Shown here in pieces: positions 59,317 to 64,000 of a stretch of DNA of 64,000 nt. The stretch comes from Eledone cirrhosa (taxonomy: Eukaryota): assembly GCA_964016885.1 (NCBI GenBank), contig OZ024740.1, positions 89,590,001 through 89,654,000 on the forward strand, read 5' to 3'. Below the pieces are notes generated by a model. It ran no database searches, was not told the DNA's origin, and was given only the letters and a program-made list of their open reading frames with translations. How positions within the stretch are numbered: the stretch's first letter is position 1; every line of letters starts with the position of its first letter. A program made the position numbers and the translations under genes.

Positions 59317-59699
59317 ATTATTATTATTATTATTGCAAACAAAAAGCCTACCTAACTCAGAAGTACAGCTAAGAAACAATGGGGAAATTCTAAAAAATAT
59401 AGACTATTATATTCCATATAAAAAATAATCAAACAATTTATAGTGAGTTTCTACATTTACTGCTTAAAAAATTTTTATCCCTGAATATTTCGTTTCATAT
59501 TTTAGTAACAAAATTCTGCATTGCATAAAGACAGTAATCAAATCCTAACTTCCATATTTATGCCATGTTACAAGAATATCAAATCAACTTTCGCCGTGCT
59601 ATCCACTTCAAAGTTCGACTAAAAACAGCTGAAATACTTTGTGGCGAACGCATACAAAGTATACATGTATGCGTGGATGCATGAATATCTGTGTATATT

Positions 59700-60460
<761 letters not shown>

Positions 60461-61094
60461 TGTGTTATGAATGAATGTGTGCGAGTGCGTGTTTTGTTAG
60501 TTTGTGTATATTCACGTATGCTTGCATTTTTTCGTCTGATACACCCTACACACACACACATATATATAGTGTATGCATGTGTGAGAGCATAGTTAAATAT
60601 ATTTCCTACAATGCCATTTCTGCATATATCTCTATTCTTTTCTGTGCATCTAGAGGTGTCTATGTCAATATAAATCATTGTTTGATGTTTTTATGATCAT
60701 GTATTCGGGTTAAAATTATTGTATACTTTGTTCCATTCATAAGTACGGATATGAATGTGTATGAATATAACTGGGTATACAGTGATTTTAATGTCTTTAC
60801 CCTATCAAGAGAACATCAAACAATTATTTTTGTTCATATATTCACTTTTCACCAATCATATATTATAGACGATGTAATTTATTAAATTTACCTTACATGA
60901 TATGCAATTAATATCGAAAAAAGAAAATGATCTATGTTTGAGTAGTATATTCCTGAACATCACGTTCGCATGAGATTTTCCTGTTATTCAATGTTACAAG
61001 AAGAATCTATTGCCAACACAATAAAACCTAACTACTGAAAGGTTTATCGTGCTCCCAATATTTTCAGATATTCTATCAGAAGCACAATTATCTG

Positions 61095-61139
<45 letters not shown>

Positions 61140-62959
61140 AGTGTATACGTATATATATATATATATATATAAGGAATGTCTACATAGTGAGGCAGACAGA
61201 AAGACAAATACTCACGCATTGAAATCCATGCACGGGTATATACGGAAATGTTAAGTTTTATGTCCAAACTGCAATTCTTGATTGTTTTTTGGTTGATTTA
61301 AATGAAGCAACATATTGCGCGGTTCCAATACTGTGACGATACCCTGGCATCACATTCTCATTACCTACTCGGAAACCATTGGTATTTACCAGTTTCGCTA
61401 CATCAAAATTGAAATAAATATGTAAAATAATCACGGACTTGATTGCAAATTTTCGTTTTGTCCGGTTTTTTAAAATCCCCATTCACGCTACTTGGTAAGA
61501 TTTATTACTACCCGACGTGTAGTGAGACAGACCTTTTCAAGCTGCAGCTATCTTCTTATACAGTTTCAGTTAAGAATAGACAAATTATTATCGGTTATCA
61601 TCTGCAGTGTCTACAGCCCCATTGTTTAATTTAAACGCTAGAACGCTGTGCTGCCTAACAAACTGACATTTCAGTAATCACTGTGAGTCCCAAATAAACC
61701 CGTTCCGAAACATTTGAAATTGCAAATGCATATTATATTCATAAAAGCCGATATATGCAACTTGCTCACGGAATACTATAGTTTCCCTTTAAAATGTTAC
61801 AGTGCACTTGTAATAGGGTGACATATCTCTGTAAATTATTTCACTATTAAAATAGTGCAATAATGTTCGTACATATATATCTAGAAAGTTGAAACGAAAA
61901 TCTATATCCCATGTAAAAACGAATGATTATTATATGAGCAAATATAGTTCGAAGGGCAAATTCGCAAATGCGCAAGCAAATATATGACAAACAGTTTAGA
62001 ATGAAACATTAGGTATACTAAACCTGTAATCAGTTTGTGAATAGTAGTGGATTTTGAAGACAATATTATTCAGCTTATGCACCTCTTAGGATGATTAGAC
62101 TATTATATCGCAATTCTGGTTAGTTCAAATTTTAGACTTTGATATATTTTTTTTATAGTTTTATATTGTGCTAGGTGGCTTTATTCACTAGACATTTCAA
62201 TTAATTATTAAGCGAAATAATTATATCAGTTTTCTTTTTATGAGATATGGTTGCTATTATTGAAATAAGAATGTTTGTTGAAGTGTGTGTAAATGAATAT
62301 GTCGCAAAATTATCTGACATTGACTTTGGCGAATAATTTTCCATCTACATTAGAAGATTACAGTGGTCACTTTATTATGCATATACATTATAATGCTGTT
62401 AAGAACCTTAATTCCAATCTCAGTTTCTTCTTAACACATCGTTAATCCCACATTCTAAAAGTGAAGTGGAAATTGTTAAAAGCTTATTCGCAAAATACAT
62501 GATTACGAAAATGATGAAAGAGTATTATCATAATGAATGTGTTTTAGAAAATCGGAAAAAAAATCACTGTTGAGATGTACAAAAAATCAACATTTTGAAT
62601 TTGTAGTCACACGTCACTAAATCCATTTTACTGCAAGCAATGGATTTCGGGAAAACAACCCCCAGAATCATTTTTGTAGAAAACAAACGAAAATAGGTTT
62701 AAGCAGGGATACCTTTTTCTAGAGAGAGAATTGTATTGTCAAGTATTTTACTTGCATACGATAATAAAATGGTAGTTAGGCTGCGAAACATGTCCCCATT
62801 TTACTCCTAGTCAGCCATTAGAAATTATCCTACATCTATGGATTGCAAGGAGGTGACAATTTAGCGTTTTTATACCACCACTAATCTCTATGGAATGTTG
62901 CAATTTTACATTCTAAACAAATCCATGTAAATATTATTATCCATATGCAGTTAAGGATT

Positions 62960-64000
62960 GTCAATAATTAAATGCAGTGTAATATCCCCTCTGATACATT
63001 CACATTGCTGCCTAAGTAAGTAAAATATTTCACATATTTCAGGTCATTGTTATTACTAGTGGCAAGCACATGGAAATCACAATCATCCATTTGTCCCTGC
63101 TTAACGTCATATAATTGTTTGGGAGGATGCTTTATTTGATGTACAATCTCCGTCTTCTTAATGCTTGATTTTAAATGATACGCCTGAAAGTCAAGCAAGA
63201 TATGATTCATCAATTATTGCTACTCTTCGAGGGATATATGTGGATCATCAGCAAACAGGCAATCAGGAATAACACGTGTTTCTGGAAGTTTTATATAATT
63301 AAATCACTGATGGATGAATAACCCACCTGAGCTACTGGAATTGAATCTGAAACCAGTGTCTATGTTGCGAATTGAAAATTATAGGAAATAACAAAGCAAA
63401 CGGAACAGGAGCCATGACGCCATCCTGCTTCGTGTTTGTAAAATTAAAGAACTCAGAATATTTGCCATTAATTGTTGACATTCAGCATATTTTAAGGTAT
63501 GCCAAGTGTTTGATGATTTTCCAGAGAGCTTTGCGATTGAAACAAGCGTTTGAAATGACTCAGTTCCACGAACTACAGACATAGCTATACCGTGGGATAA
63601 CAACATTAGCGATAGCTCGAAAGATGCATAGAAAATCATTCGTAAATCAATAATAATGTACTTAAATATATTTTGAGATAACATATATACCTTAACATTT
63701 ACCCGAAATCGAGAATCAAGCGATATACACCATAGTAATTTCAACATAACTGGTATCAGACACACACGTCAAAATCCAAGGTGATTGTTTTGATGTTTAA
63801 AACCCATACTACAATGGTGGACATGATAACTTCGTCTCCTAACTAAATTATCTTCCATTTGTTGAATGAAATGTAAGGATGTCATAGCGAGTAAGTTCAA
63901 TCGGCTGAGAAAGTTGCTCGTGCTTATAATAATTAAGGTGTAACAGCGTGAATTTTTCAAATTGCTGTCGAAAACGTGAAAACGTCTTTTGAATCTTATC
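62960..64000 (-). mobile_element. Old RTE-like LINE fragment running off the window
   Basis: Minus strand: KQDGVMAP, PDCLFADD (~63243-63267), KKTEIVHQ, YFTYLGS. Confidence 0.7.

Overview
Eukaryotic, AT-rich, gene-poor window. It is probably cephalopod/octopus-like, an inference from the SINE family and the extreme (TA)n content. No host protein-coding gene, rRNA, tRNA or CRISPR array is supported, and almost all long ORFs in the track are microsatellite translations. The window is dominated by retroelements sorted by microsatellite target. (1) Penelope-like elements (PLEs) of the Naiad type sit in (TA)n: a decayed near-full-length partial tandem at 28796-33642, GIY-YIG fragments, and many short non-coding derivatives built as 'inverted arm + pLTR + tail'. 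Many carry type I hammerhead ribozyme (HHR) motifs with palindromic stem III and often a very long stem II. (2) An (ATT)n cluster at 44.8-59.3 kb holds three Tx1/L1-like LINEs and three Dong/R4-like RLE elements. (3) RTE LINEs, a bipartite RTE derivative, two non-autonomous Helitrons and tRNA-type SINEs make up the rest. The most notable signal is a set of apparently unrelated (TA)n-embedded hairpin mini-elements whose fold-back point repeatedly falls in the hammerhead stem II, plus a retrozyme-like unit with HHR-bearing direct repeats. All alignments and folds were done by eye, so boundaries are approximate.
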